DNA of 64,000 nucleotides from Tubulanus polymorphus (taxonomy: Eukaryota > Animalia > Nemertea), in contig NC_134027.1 of the NCBI RefSeq assembly GCF_964204645.1, forward strand, positions 24,762,560 through 24,826,559, read 5' to 3'. This document shows positions 37,795-51,226 of this stretch, one piece after another. Under the pieces are notes generated by a model. That model was not told the origin of the DNA. It was given only the letters and a program-made list of their open reading frames with translations, and made no database searches. The translations under genes and the position numbers were made by a program. The stretch's first letter is position 1; each line of letters starts with the position of its first letter.

Positions 37795-38180
37795 TTAGAT
37801 TGGTTATAGAAGCAACATGAGCTTCGACTGGTCTTAAGTGTTGTGAGATAGGCTATAAAAACGAAATGAGCTTGGACCGGTCTGTTATTAGATTGGTTAG
37901 ACAAGCAAAATGAGCTTAGACTTAATCTTAAGTTGTTAGATTGGCTATAGAAACAAAATGAGCTTAGACTGGTTTTATGTGTTGTTAGATTGGCTATAGA
38001 CCCAAAACGAGCTTAGACTGGTCTTAAGTTGTTAGATTGGTTGGAGAAGCAAAATGAGCTTACACTAATCTTAAGTGTTGTTAGATTGGCTATAGAACCA
38101 AGACGAGCTTAGACTGGTCTTACGTTGTTAGATTGGTTATAGAACCAAAATAAGCTTAGACTGGTCTTAAGTTGTTAGAA
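37795..38180 (+). repeat. 47-bp minisatellite, family B
   Basis: Same unit, ~8 copies, in the last intron of the Tudor gene. Confidence 0.85.
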
Positions 38181-38214
38181 CTGAAATCAGCATTAATTTG
38201 GTCGAAATTCTTAC

Positions 38215-38271
38215 TTGTCTCTGACTTGTAAGAACATATTCTTGCCGTCCGTCGCCTTCTGGAACCATTTC
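38215..38271 (-). CDS. Tudor protein exon: SN-like C-terminal part
   Basis: Acceptor CGAAAG| and donor AA|GTAAGA. Reads KWFQKATDGKNMFLQVRD. Phase 2 at both ends. Confidence 0.88.
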
Positions 38272-38604
38272 CTTTCGACGATAAAACGAAACATTGATAA
38301 ATTACAACTAAAAACAAATACAGTAGAACTCGCTTGATTGGGATTCTTCAATCCGGATTTTCATTTAATTCGGATGAAATATTAGGTCCATTTTACCAGG
38401 TACCATGTAAACTATAATTCATAACTCGGACCTTAGTTAATTAGAAGAAATCTGGGCACAGTGGGAATTAAGCGAGTTCTACCGCACATTCCAAAAATAA
38501 ATGACAACATTCACGAATCGAAACGATCTTTCAGCCAACGATCCTGTGCTGCAGGTCGTAACCGCAGGTTATTTTCTACTAATTTTACTAATCTAACGAC
38601 GTAC

Positions 38605-38759
38605 TTTGATTCGTGCGACCATTGATTGTTTTTCACCGGTTCGACAGCGTACAGGAAACATTCGACGGCCTGAAACGGCAAATGCAAAAACTCGGGCTGT
38701 ATACGTCGAATCGACGATTCGTCCAACGTCTCTTGATTCCCGTAATCGACGTAAAATAC
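38605..38759 (-). CDS. Tudor protein exon: Tudor core, second half
   Basis: Acceptor TTGCAG| and donor AA|GTACGT. Reads VFYVDYGNQETLDESSIRRIQPEFLHLPFQAVECFLYAVEPVKNNQWSHES (YVDYGN and LPFQAVEC motifs). Confidence 0.95.
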
Positions 38760-39377
38760 CTGCAATCATAAAAACAACGCGCGGCGATAAAAAGAAAGGC
38801 GCACAGAAAGGGCAAGGTCATTATCGCGACGCATAGTTAGTGCAGAAAGGGCAAGGTTATCATTGATCAAGATTATAATGATGACCAATTTTATCACTGG
38901 TGATTGATGCGTAGCGGATTCTGACATTTTTTACTTAATTCACATTTTTTCATCGTAAAAAGAGCATTTGGATTTTTTTTCAAACGATCTTTTCACATTG
39001 AAATTTTCAATATATAGATTTTCTCTACACGAAGTAATTGCAATAAAAAAACAAACGGAAAACTGTAGCTTAGGCTCATATGATGACAAGAAGCTAAGGC
39101 ATCGCCGTCTAAAACTGACGGATCTAAGTTCCGAAATCATGAAAAATGAAAAGGAGCACAAAAGATGCATGTGTGCTTCTGAAAGGTAAAACAGTAAGAA
39201 AATTCATCATTGCAGGAAAGAAAATTAAATTTTGCACGTTTTAACAAATTTTCATTTTTCTTCACTTTCTTCGATACGGATTCCAATTTTTTCGCATTTC
39301 AACACAGCGTAGCGCGAATAGTCAGTATAATTGCGGTAAACAATTCATCTATTCTCGAGGCGCGAATGATTCTTTAC

Positions 39378-39522
39378 CGTCACTAGTTCGGAGTCGAGGT
39401 CGCTGTCGATGACTTTCGCTCGATACCAGCAGCCGTTCTGCGAATACTGCGCAGCGACGATTTCACCGTCGGCGAAACCGGTCAGATCTCGATCGCGGTG
39501 AACGATCTTCGAGTAGTGATTA
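39378..39522 (-). CDS. Tudor protein exon: Tudor core, first half
   Basis: Acceptor TTTTTCAG| and donor ACG|GTAAAG. Reads NHYSKIVHRDRDLTGFADGEIVAAQYSQNGCWYRAKVIDSDLDSELVT (WYRA motif). Confidence 0.93.
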
Positions 39523-39569
39523 CTGAAAAACAGATAGATTGACATTTAACATGAGAAATGAATTTCAGC

Positions 39570-39885
39570 AGTAAAAAGTCAGCACTTTTTTAAAAACAGA
39601 AGTCAACGCTTTTTCTGTCAAGAGTCGGCAATTTAGCACTTCACAAGTCGAAGTCAGCACTTCTAAAGTTGCAAGTCAGCACTTTTTATGAGTCAAAAGT
39701 CAGAATTTTTTCATTAGTCAAAAGTCAGCACTTTTTATAGGTCAAAAGTCAGCATATTTTATGGATCAAAAGTCGGCATTTTTTAAAGCCAAGAGTCAGT
39801 AATTCTTAAAATAGAAAGGCAGCAATGTTAAAGTAAAAAGTCAGCACTTTTCAGCCCTTCATAAAAGTAAAGCCAGCACTTTTTC
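39570..39885. repeat. Degenerate short-period repeat (~24 bp)
   Basis: Recurrent AAAGTCAGCACTTTTT. Confidence 0.75.
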
Positions 39886-40544
39886 CTTAAAACAAAGACG
39901 ACGTTCCCGACATTTTCCTGTATCAATGATTAAGCCACGAAACCGGAAAATTCATTTACGATCAAATCTAAATTCTATTTCAATCATAAGTTACTGAACA
40001 GATTTAATTCAATTCAAATTTACTAAGCAGTTTTTGACTTAAACAGTTTTTTGATTGAAAATCTACTTTTCTCACTGTATCGTATAATCATTCAATTCTC
40101 ACGATAGATGGCTCATCGGATAATGACATTTCGCAGTCGAGCAAATATCGTACAAAATTGCGCAATAGCCGTTCTTCGAGATCGAGTGTAGATAAGGCGG
40201 GAGCACGCGTAGGGCGGAGGTAGAGAGGGGGAGAGACGTCTTATCTGGAGAGCGGATCGAAAATAAATAAACTGACAAACTGTTGACGCAGTGCGCACGG
40301 ACCCCGGTTGTGTCTGATGAATTAACAATGTCTTTTATAGGAAATGAAACACCGGCGCAAACATTTGACGACAAACACTCAGAAAATACGGCCGAAAATA
40401 ATGGCAAGCATTAACCGAGCGTAAAACGTTTTTATATATCGGCTAGGGCTTACGCACAGTTATATCTTTCCGTATAATCTAGCAACGAACTAATTCAAAA
40501 TCTACAGTCCAACTGAATTCTGATATGAGAAATCGGCTGACTAA

Positions 40545-41195
40545 TGTTGTGTGAAATGTGGCTGGTCATTTTTTGAAAGTATGCTGATTACTCTGGTGTC
40601 TGTGGGTAGTTCATCTTCAATCTCGGCTGAAGTACTGAACACAATTTAAGTGTTGATGATCACTTTTTGAAAGTGTGCTGATAAAATGTCTGATGTTTTT
40701 TAATCCATTTTCAACTAAAACCTGAAACGACAGGGACATTGGACATCGTTGTCTTACACGATCGATTTATGAAAGTGTGTTGATGAAATGTCTAATGTCT
40801 GGTGTTTGTAGTTTATTTTCAATTAAAAATGTCTCTAGTGAAGTTCTGAACGCATGTGAAGTGTGGCCGATTAGTTTATGAAAGTGTACTGATAAAATGT
40901 CCAATGTCTGGTGTTCGTACATTTCCAATTAAAAATGTCTCAGGTGAAGCACTGAACACATGTGAAGTGTGGACGATCAGTTTATGAAAGTGTCCTGATA
41001 AAATGTCTAATGTCTGGTGTTTGTAGTTCATTTTCAATCAAAAATGTCTCAGGTGAAGCACTGAAGACATGTGAAGTGTGGACGATTAGTTTTCGGAAGT
41101 GTGCTGATAAAATGTCTAATAGCTGGTGTTTGTAGTTCATTTCTAATTAACAACATCTCAGGTAAAGTTCTGAATATGCCCAAAGCCTGGACGAT
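40545..41195. repeat. Degenerate ~108-bp tandem repeat, ~6 copies
   Basis: Recurrent GAAAGTGTGCTGATAAAATGTCTAATGTCTGGTGTTTGTAG. Confidence 0.8.
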
Positions 41196-41862
41196 TAGAA
41201 GAATGGCGATTGAGTGCGTGGGAGCGCAGGCTACAGATTGATACCAGCACTAAACCACACATTCTGTAATCACTGATATCAATACATTTATAACATAGAC
41301 AACAGTGAATCTATTTACATAATTGATATTCCAACCACAATTCACCAGATGTAATCTTCAATATTTAACGAACTGATCATAAAATCAGGGGTAGTTATTA
41401 TTATAGGTGTACATACTGAAAACACATTGGAATATATAGGAGAATAATATTATTCATTATTCACGAAACCCGACCGCGGCCGGGGGCAAAATCTGAGCAG
41501 CTCACCATATTTCCAGGGCATAACAGTAAAGGGCTGGTATTCTGGTATTACGGTTTTTAAAAATGTCCAGATCATATTTTCATATCGAGGATCGAGAATA
41601 AACGTTGAACAGAAATAAATTGCCCATGGTGGTTTACCTTGAAAACGGAGCTTGTTTTTGCAAAGGGCGTTGCCTCTTTTAAAACCAGAAAAAAGTGAAC
41701 TTTACAGTTACAGTTCAGAAAAGGACAACTTGCAATATGTCGAAATTCGATATTCGATATAAAGGGCATTCGTCATTTTTAGCAATTAAGTGCGGCGTGA
41801 AGTGCGCACTTTTCGAACAAACCGATTGATAAGTACATCGTCATCGCCGGATATTCGTTTAC

Positions 41863-41923
41863 CTAAGCTGCTCGTTCAAAAGCGGCAGAGTCTCGTATTC
41901 TGTATAACTGCCGGCGTATCCCT
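41863..41923 (-). CDS. Tudor protein exon: linker helix
   Basis: Acceptor TTTTTCAG| and donor AG|GTAAAC. Reads (E)GYAGSYTEYETLPLLNEQL(S). Phases 1 and 2 bridge the flanking exons exactly. Confidence 0.85.
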
Positions 41924-42139
41924 CTGAAAAAAAAAAACAAGAAAAATGAGGCGATTTATAAAACACGAGACGCTATCGGAAATCGTACGTGTTGTGTTGG
42001 GGCGTTTAATTTCACTCGCTTGAAAAATGAGCATTATCGATTACCGCCGGTTTCACGGCGCGTATGTTCATTTAACTTTGACTGAGTGGATCGAGTCAAA
42101 AATAAGTACAATGAATTGACTGTAAACTGGCTCGCCAGA

Positions 42140-42565
42140 ACCAGTGCCACAGTTTTGTGGGTTTAATTTGACTACATGGATCCCACTCCAAAATGTTGTA
42201 TGTTTTATTTTACTTTGATCCAGTTTCACAGTTGTATAGGTTCAAATTGACACTGGCTCAAGTTCCACAGTTGAGTGGATTTGAATTAAGTCAAGATCCA
42301 GTTCCACAGTTGGGTGGCTTTGATTTGACTCTGGATCCAGTTCCACAGTTGTATGGGGGTTTAATTTGACTCTGGATCCAGTTCCCCAGTTGTGAAGGTT
42401 TGATTTGACACTGGATCCAGTTCCACAGTTGTGTGTGTTTAATCTGACTCTAGGCCCAGTTCCACAGTTGTATGGGTGCAATTTGACTCTGGATCCAGTT
42501 CCACAGTTGTATGGGTCTAATTTGACTCTGGTTCCACTTCTGCAGTCAATTTGATTCTGGAGTCA
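42140..42565 (-). repeat. 39-bp minisatellite, family A
   Basis: About 11 reverse-complement units. Confidence 0.85.
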
Positions 42566-43084
42566 ATCACAAGCCATTGCCAACGGTGTAAGTCAATATG
42601 CTCATGGATGAAAATGAATTTATTCTAACTACATAACTGTGGAACTGGATCCTGTTGATTAGACAGAGTAGGGGTAGCGTTAACAGTCTGTGAATGGGGT
42701 TATGTAGCTTCAATAGATGTTCTGCGTCAAGGTAACTGGTATTTCTATCTAGACACATGATACTATGAGAAATCCCGACATTGACGGCAAGCACGCGCGT
42801 GACATTTAAAAACCGACGTAAAATCTCGAACTGAAGCGAAAGAATAACAAGTCGTTACAGAGAAATATGACATGTTCATTCAGAACTGACTATAATCCAT
42901 CTTCATTTCCCGCGCACGGAAATAAAGATTTCGTGATGAAGTAACGTCCAATAACATCCAATTAACCGGTTTACTGACAAGTCATGAGCGGTGGATAAAC
43001 AGCGTTTCATTCGATTCATATCAGAAAATATCAATCAACAAAAAAAAATAGGATACAATCGCTAACCAGTGAACCAAATAACAG

Positions 43085-43864
43085 TTGCACAGTTGTGTGG
43101 GTTTGATTAGACACTGGATCCAGTTCTACAGTTGAGTGGGTTTTATTTGACTCTGGATCCAGTTCTACTGTTGTGTGGGTTTGATTCGACTCTGGATCCA
43201 GTTCCACAGTTGAGTGGGTTTTATTTGACACTGGATCCAGTTCCACAGTTGTTTGGGTTTTATTTGACACTGGATCCAGTTCCACAGTTGTGTAGGTTTA
43301 ATTTGACTCTAGATCCAGTTCCACAGTTGTGTAGGTTTAATTTGACACTGGATCCAGTTCCACAGTTGTGTGGGTTTTATTCGACTCTGGATCCAGTTCC
43401 ACAGTTGTGTGAGATCAATTTGACTCTAAACCCAGTACCACAGTTGTGTAGGTATAATTTGTCTCTGAACCCAGTACCACACTTGTGGATTCAGTTCTAT
43501 TGTTGAGTGGGTTTATTTCACTGTGGAGCCAGTTCCCGAGTTGCGAGGGTTTATTTCACTGTGGAGCCAGTTCCCGAGTTGCGAGGGTTTATTTCACTGT
43601 GGAGCCAGTTCCCGAGTTGCGAGGGTTTATTTCACTGTGGAGCCAGTTCCCGAGTTGCGAGGGTTTATTTCACTGTGGAGCCAGTTCCCGAGTTGCGAGA
43701 GTTTATTTCACTGTGGAGCCAGTTCCCGAGTTGCGAGGATTTATTTCACTGTGGACCCAGTTGCCGAGTTGCGAGGATTTATTTCACTGTGGACCCAGTT
43801 GCCGTGTTGCGAGGATTTATTTCACTGTGGACCCAGTTCCCGAGTTGCGAGGATTTATTTCACT
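43085..43864 (-). repeat. Compound array: 39-bp family A (~43085-43508) grading into a homogeneous 38-bp variant (43509-43864)
   Basis: 38-bp unit GGGTTTATTTCACTGTGGAGCCAGTTCCCGAGTTGCGA, ~9 copies, abutting the exon donor at 43867. Confidence 0.9.
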
Positions 43865-43867
43865 CAC

Positions 43868-44050
43868 CGTCTCGTTGCTGTTCGTCGTTGGCAGGTTGTA
43901 GAGCGCTGACTCCGAACGGGAAGATCACGTAGAATCTACCGGGATGGTAGATCGCCGTTAATTGCGCGACGATCCACGATCCAGATTTCGGAGACTGCAC
44001 CATATCGACGTCGTCAAAACAGAACACAGCTTCTTTATCAGTGGTGATAT
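43868..44050 (-). CDS. Tudor protein exon: start of the extended Tudor (SN-like strands)
   Basis: Acceptor TTTTTAG| and donor G|GTGAGT. Reads (D)ITTDKEAVFCFDDVDMVQSPKSGSWIVAQLTAIYHPGRFYVIFPFGVSALQPANDEQQRD; TAIYHPGRFYV matches the T-x-(I/V)-xx-P-xx-F-Y pattern of extended Tudor modules. Confidence 0.9.
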
Positions 44051-46348
44051 CTAAAAATAGACGAAACAATTACCATTATTGAATAGCAAGCAATAACCGG
44101 AAACAAAGTTCCCATGAAACCAAGTCCACCCAGCTTTGAAAGTCGTGACTTGGATATAATTGGAGTCACCCCTCTGTGATATACAAATACGCATGGAAAC
44201 CATGCTATGATCCATTTGAAAGACACTGCACCGATCCATTTGAAAGACACTGCACCGATCCATTTAAAAGACACTGCACCGATGATACTGTGTAACTATC
44301 ATGCTTCAATGCAATATGATCACATCGTACTGTGAAGTCTGAAGACGATATGTGTATAGAGAAAGTGCTAAGCTATTGAGACCTAAGGGAACCAGCTATC
44401 ACTGTCAGGTTGGGACCTAGGGCAACCTAATATCCTGTCAGGTGCTAAGCTATTGAGAACTTCGGCAGCCAGCTATCCCTGTCAAGTTGGGACCTAGGGC
44501 AACCTACTATCCCGTCAGGTGCTAAGCTATAGGAACCCAGGGCAGTCAGCTATCAGTGCTAAGCTGTTGGAACCTAGGGCAGCCAGTTATCCTCAGAACT
44601 CTGGAGTAATCAAGCAGACCAGGCTCTGGGCCAGGGCGGTAAATTTCTAGTCTATATCTAAAACTGCGCATCAGTCATCTCTCAATGGAGAAATGACACG
44701 AAGACCTTCAGTCCTCGGCACATCAGGAGTCATCTTATATCAGGATCCACAGTTGTGAGTTTTGACTAATTGAAAATGAACTAATTGAATCTGAAGAGTT
44801 AACTCCAACTCATAACTGAGGAACTGGATATATCTGTCCTGCAGGGTTCGAACCAACGACTTCATATTCCAAATGCTCCAACCACTCACCCACTCAAAAA
44901 AGGAACTTATATGTACAAACTATTGTATTTTATTTCTTTTTTCATCGTCATAAAAGAATATCAGCATTTTAGTACAAAATGACTAAGTAGATATGTATGA
45001 AAAATAATGAAGAAGGCATAAATTCATGATTTTTGTATAAATGCACCCAACCGTGGGCAAAAATCAAAATCATGATCACAATATTCCAATTTGTTATTGA
45101 TTTCATCTCACGGGGTTTTTTCAAATCAAATCATCTATACACAACTTAACCAAGTCCTTAAACCTAACCACAACTTCGTCCAAATTAATACTGTTGACAT
45201 TTTAGCTAAGCATCGACCATAAATTCATCGAAATCTTTTCTGTTCGTAAAATTCGTCATTACTTTAATGAAACAAAAGCCTTCAGAAAATTAACAAGTTT
45301 TTGCTTAAAAGCAAAAAGTAAACTTCATAAAGAAAATTCTGTTAAATGCACTAATCTGGTGTAGTAAAAACTAGAACTGAAAACTAAATATATTGTATAT
45401 CTAATACTTTCAAAAAATAGATTCATTTTCTATAAACAAAATACTAGAAATTTGCAATCAGGCAATTAAATACTTATAGAAATACTTATACAAAGGACAA
45501 TGGGCCCAGTAGGATCAACTGAGTACAGTTTACCTTTGAGCATAGTTCAACCTTGATGATGTACGTGATAATGGGTTTTCTCACTACTATTACCCAGCAT
45601 CTTACTACTACTATTATCAATACTATTACAAACTACCATTACCCAGCAGTACTTTTAATACTTTGTTCTATATGTATTTCTTGATAATGATGTCACTGGA
45701 AAAGCCCTTCGGCATCCAAGTTCAATATTGGGTGCTGAAGGGCTTTCCCGGTGATGTCATTATCAGGAAACAAGGTCACGCATCGATAAGAAGAATGGGA
45801 AAAAATTCATTGAAATTTTGCACGTTTTCTCCCAGTAAAACAGCTTACAGCTGATGGACGAAACTTTCCATATTAATTCCAACACCTTTTCCACTCCTAA
45901 TGACAAAATATCAGCTGTTTATATCCAGCGGTTACAATTTGTGCCACCAAGAGCAAAACAGAAAGTTATCCTCAGGACCATTCTATAAGGAACAACACAG
46001 TTGATCCTAAAAAGCCTAGTACGTCCAGCAAGACAAACCAAAATTATGAAAACGAATGGTTTTCCAGTTTGTTTCCTGACTACGTGCATTGCTGCTAAAC
46101 ATAAAGCCGTTTTTGCAGCAAAGCCCTGTTCCGTGAAACACTGGTTTTGACTGCTATGTGCTATGTCGAAGAAACTTAACAAGACACACCAACACGCTGT
46201 GATGTGATCATCACTAGATGGTGCTGTAGGTATGTTTCTTGTTACGCCATATGCGCGACAGTGTGCTGACCGAATCTCTGAAACGCGGCAATGCAAAATC
46301 AGTTTTGTATTTCGGGTTTGTTTCTTGCTGTAAGCGTGCTAGGATTAA

Positions 46349-46639
46349 ACCTTTTAGTGTGTTGTCTACACCGCAGTGCTGCGTATAAATCGGTGATGGA
46401 TTTTGCTAGTACACTGCATTGCGGTTTATTGATGTTACTCGTAATTAGTTTTTATCTCTATTGAAAGATGGCAGCACCTGTCAAACATAGTGAAATATAT
46501 TAGTAATGAACGACACACCGTACCACAGTGTAGACGCACTATAGCCGTATGTGCGTTATTCAACAATGGGGTGGAATCTTTTTAAAATTTTCAAACATCT
46601 CCAGCACTTTCGGGTATCAATTAGTCAGCACTGAAAGGG
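46349..46639. mobile_element. piggyBac-type MITE, same family, degraded ends
   Basis: Shared core GAAAGATGGCAGCACCTGTCAAACATAGTGAAATA and right end GTCAGCACTGAAAGGG. Confidence 0.75.
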
Positions 46640-46959
46640 TTTTATATCGTAAATACATGGTGAAATCTTGATCCGCGCTTTTATAGATATTCATTGCGGC
46701 TAAACCAAAGTAAACATTCGGCCATGTCTGAGAGCTGGATCAGCTGCGCTGAGTAGAGGATATAGCTGCGTAGGAAGCCATGTTGGATGTAGAGCTGGGA
46801 AGAGTCTCATTTTAGCCACGTAATGTGATATCGTTAGATCCCAATCTGAAAAATTTCAAGATATTAGTATCTCAAATGAATTAGTATCTCAAACTGGTGT
46901 GATTAGTTACGAAATATTACGAGAGTAAATTTGAGGTGCTTTTCACATTAATTCCAACC

Positions 46960-47380
46960 TGCTGACTGCCCTAGGATAGCTGACTGCCCTAGTTCCTAAT
47001 AGTTTACCACCTGACAGGGATAGCCGACTGCCCTAGTTCCTAATAGCTTACCACCTGACAGGGATAGCAGACTGCCTTAGTTCCCGATAGCTTACCACGT
47101 GACAGGGATAGCTGACTGCCCTAGTTCCTAATAGTTTACCACCTGGTAGGGTTAGCTCACTGCCCTAGTTCCCGATAGCTTACCACGTGACAGGGATAGC
47201 TGACTGCCCTAGTTCCCGATAGCTTACCACGTGACAGGGATAGCTGACTGCCCTAGTTCCTAATAGCTCACCACCTGACAGGGATAGCAGACTGCCTTAG
47301 TTCCCGATAGCTTACCACTTACCACATGACAAGGATAGCTAGCAGACTGCCTTAGTTCCCAATAGTTTACCACCTGATAG
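46960..47380. repeat. 44-bp minisatellite; an inverted, degenerate relative lies at ~44365-44590
   Basis: Unit CTGACTGCCCTAGTTCCTAATAGCTTACCACCTGACAGGGATAG. Confidence 0.88.
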
Positions 47381-49432
47381 TGTGGGCGAGTGGTTCAAAC
47401 TTTATATTTTTTCAATATGATTAATCCAAGGTCAGCCTGCCCCTGTATATGATTTTTACTACTTTACGAATGTCACTTAATCATTATCAATACAACTGAG
47501 CGCATATGTCACTACTTCATGTACTTAATCGATATTCTAATTTTTATTTATGCACCTGATTCCGGTGATAGAGAATACCGAATATATCTATAAACACAAT
47601 TAATTCAATAAAGCACAATTATGTATATTTGGTTTCAACAAATTTTCTCCTCGAATCCACGATGAGAAATGCTTACATTATTTGCTCGCGTACGATAAAC
47701 GCACGCGATTGTATTTTATTTACTTTCCGTTCGTATTTGTTCAGCTTTCAGGCACCAGAGATAGAGACGCAGTTTTAAGCGGCGTTCACGCGAGGATTTC
47801 TGTAACGGGACGCAGGCAAACACGGAAACAGGGGACAGAAACATGTTTCTATGCGTTTCCCTGTATCGTTTACGCGTATGAGAAACAAGAAACATGGTTT
47901 TGGGAAGCAACGTCTCCGAGATCGAACGTGTTTGTTTCCGTGTTTCCGTGCGTCGTGTGCGTAAAGCCCGACGCATACGGCGCAGGGAAACGGCTGAAAC
48001 AGAGACATGTTTCCGAGCGTTTACTCGTGTTGCGCGCGAGAAACATGGTTTCGGGAAAGACGTTTCCAAGATTTTTTATTCTGTGTTTCCACGTTTCCCG
48101 TCGGGTGGCGATCTTCGTCAATCAATATCAACCAAGAACTAACAGTCAGCTTCAATTTTCAAGGCCCTTCATAAAAACATACCGGTACGCGAGATCTTAA
48201 AAAACATTTCTCTCTATTCCCTATTTCTATAGCGGAACCTCGGATAACGCCCAGTAACGACAGCTTTAATCAATAGTAATATCTACATCTGATGACAACT
48301 GATTGCCGCGCTTGTGTCGAGAGCATGTTATCGTTCGCCTGATAAAATCCGAAGCGATTGTTAGAAGTGTTGTAGGGATTTAGAAAACCACTAGACAATC
48401 GTACACACTTTTCGCGTTGGTTAGTAAATTACGCGGTATATGTACGTACAGCAGACGCAGCTTGGAATTAATCTTCGAGCCCTTAACGACGAGAATATGT
48501 GTGTACATGTCGACCCCAAAAAAAACTTTGAGGCCAATTTATTGAAACATGCTCGATTCTGATTACTCCACTCGTTCATCCGAGGGTATACTCAACTTCG
48601 AGTAGGCCTACCGTACTTAAACCACGCTCGAGAGCGCGGTAACCCCGAGTGTACCCGAGAAAAAAAATGGCTTCCACTCGTACACACTTCGGGCATATTT
48701 GTTGCGACGAAAGCAAACATAAATCATTTATCGAAGGATACTCGAGATTGAGTACCCGATACTCCTCGTCGAGTACTGTTCCCCGGAATTCCGCTAAACT
48801 CGTCTTTAAAAATACGGCGGATTCATTACTTCTGGATCTTCTGCATCCTCGCTTGCCAGGGTTTGGTTGGCAAACCCTGGCCGCAAACCTTTCACTGGTC
48901 TATTACACCGCACAAGATTTCTTCGGTGGACGGGTTACCACTCAGCGGCCACCAGTCTATATATCTAGCCAATCAATGCGTGGTACTTCGAATGTGAGTG
49001 GTGTTGAAGCTCAGAAAACCCGTTATCGCTGCTTTGCAGCTATATTTCATAATCATTTTCCCAGGATTTCCTTCCCGGAAATCTGCCAGTCCCCCGAGAT
49101 CCGAGGCTAGCGCGAGTCTCACGATCAAATAAAAAAACGAATCAAAAATTTTCACCAACCCAGAAACAGGTGTGACGATTAAACAGGCTTTCCATTTATT
49201 ATAAATCTCAAAATTTATTCAAAAATCCATTTTTTTTAGCCGCTGACATAAACAACCTGCGTGCAGTCGATCCCCAGACAGAATAATTCATAAGCTCTGC
49301 TATGATAACTATAACACTACTAGCGATTGTTTGAAACAATACAATTCTATAGCTTTATTGAGTGAATTGCATTAGATTCATAAATAGAGAATCCCGCACT
49401 GGAGAAAGATGAAGTCCGTAAAGTTTCCTTAA

Positions 49433-49714
49433 CCCTTTCAGTGCTGACTAGTTAATACCCTATAGTGCTGGAGATAATTTGAAAATTTCTATTATTTCCA
49501 CCCTAGTGTGTTTAACAACTGGAATACCACTATAGTGTGTCTACACCGCGGCGCGGTGTATTGTTAGTTACTAATATTTCACTATGTTTGACAGGTGCCG
49601 TCATTTTTCAAGAGAGATAATTACTAATTACATCAATACACTGCAGTGCAGTGTACTAGCAAAATCTATCACTAAATTTATACACCGCACTACGGTGTAG
49701 ACGCACTGAAAGGG
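49433..49714. mobile_element. piggyBac-type MITE
   Basis: CCCTTTCAGTGC...GCACTGAAAGGG TIRs with TTAA on both sides. Confidence 0.85.
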
Positions 49715-50939
49715 TTAAAGCTAATAGTTCATTGATTAGTCATTTCGACTATTACCGCGTAGTCATCTTCAGGAATACTGAATCCGGCATTAGATTTATT
49801 TTTTTTGGTGATGGGCAGGAGAGGAAAATGGTGTCTAGAAACACGATACACCGCTGACACATAGGATCAATAGGGCTGGAGTTACAAGCCGCGATCTCGG
49901 GAGCATTTCTGGCGCGGGCGAACAATTCACGCGAGTTACAATCGGACAAGGCCCGTGCACGGTGTCGAATGATTGCGCGTGAATTGCAACTGGTTCCGGA
50001 GTTGACTCACTTTCCTTTGTTTAAGCATTGTTTAGAGCCTAGTGAGTGGTTTACGTGTGAACGCATTCTCAAATTGGGCATGGGCCAAATTTTTCCCGGG
50101 TCAAACAGACTGTTTGATGGTGCCGACTATCGTGGTGATGCGCCTGATGCGATATCGAACGCTAAAGTGCGAGCACTTAACCGAGATCTCGGTTCTCCGT
50201 CTCTTTCATCTCTCACCCCTCTCGCCTATCAGTCCTAACTCTCACTCAATCTCTACTGCACTAACGACTGAGGACTAATGATGAGGAAATCAGTTCGCCC
50301 TGTGTCTATAAAAACAACGATGAAAAACATATTTTCCACCGCACCGCGACGTGGTAACGGTAATGCATATTTTCTCAGTTGTTTGTGATGAACGGCGAGC
50401 GACACTGTCGTCAGCGTCGACCGTCTATTTGACTGTCGACAGTTTTTCCTGTCATTCGATCGTTTAATGAACCGTTTTATATATAACGACATCGTCGTGC
50501 GAAATAAAAACCGAACCGTCATCCTATCTGTCGGCATAACGAAATTATACACGCAGATTGAATTCGATTCTGCAGCTGTGAGTTTATAAATCACGCCAGC
50601 GCCGGGTTTTCTATTAGTTTAACCTGTTATACGGTGGCCACTTTTATAGGACTTGCTTTTCCCCAACTATTCCCTGACATGCGCCTTGTTTTCCCTTGAT
50701 CTTGATCTGCTAAGAATTCGATCAATTATCACAGTCAAATACATAAGACATTGACGGAAACTGTTTTTATACGAGATCAATCTCAACAAACTTCCCAGAT
50801 TTTTATCTTTTTTACTAAATTTCATGACTATTCCTTAACTTTTTTAAGAATATCAAAAAATTCCACGACGTTTGCCTGATTTCCAGATAAGTGTCCGTCC
50901 TGATTGCAAGTGAGGCGAATCACTTCCACAACCGGTTAA

Positions 50940-51226
50940 CCCTTTCTGTGCGTCTACACCGCAGTGCGGTGTATAAATCAGTGATAACCTTTGCTAGTAC
51001 ACCGCACGGCAGAGTATGAATGTCATTAGTAATTATCTTTTTTCTCTAACGAAAGGTGGCAGCACCTGTCAAACACAGGTGAAATATTAGTATACTAAGG
51101 ATACACCGCACCACGGTGTAGACGCACTACAGCGGTAAACCTGTTATTCAACATATTAGGATGGAATTTTCAAAAACTTTCAAATTATCTCCAGCACTTT
51201 CGGGTATTCAGTCAGCACAAAAAGGG
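50940..51226. mobile_element. piggyBac-type MITE, same family, inverted relative to 49433-49714
   Basis: TTAA-CCCTTTC...AAAGGG-TTAA; shared core GGCAGCACCTGTCAAACA. Confidence 0.8.

Noticed and set aside
47682-48200. Overlapping ORFs up to 172 aa
   Set aside because: Built on short palindromic GAAACATGTTTC-type repeats shared with ~15060-15200; a dispersed repeat open on both strands.
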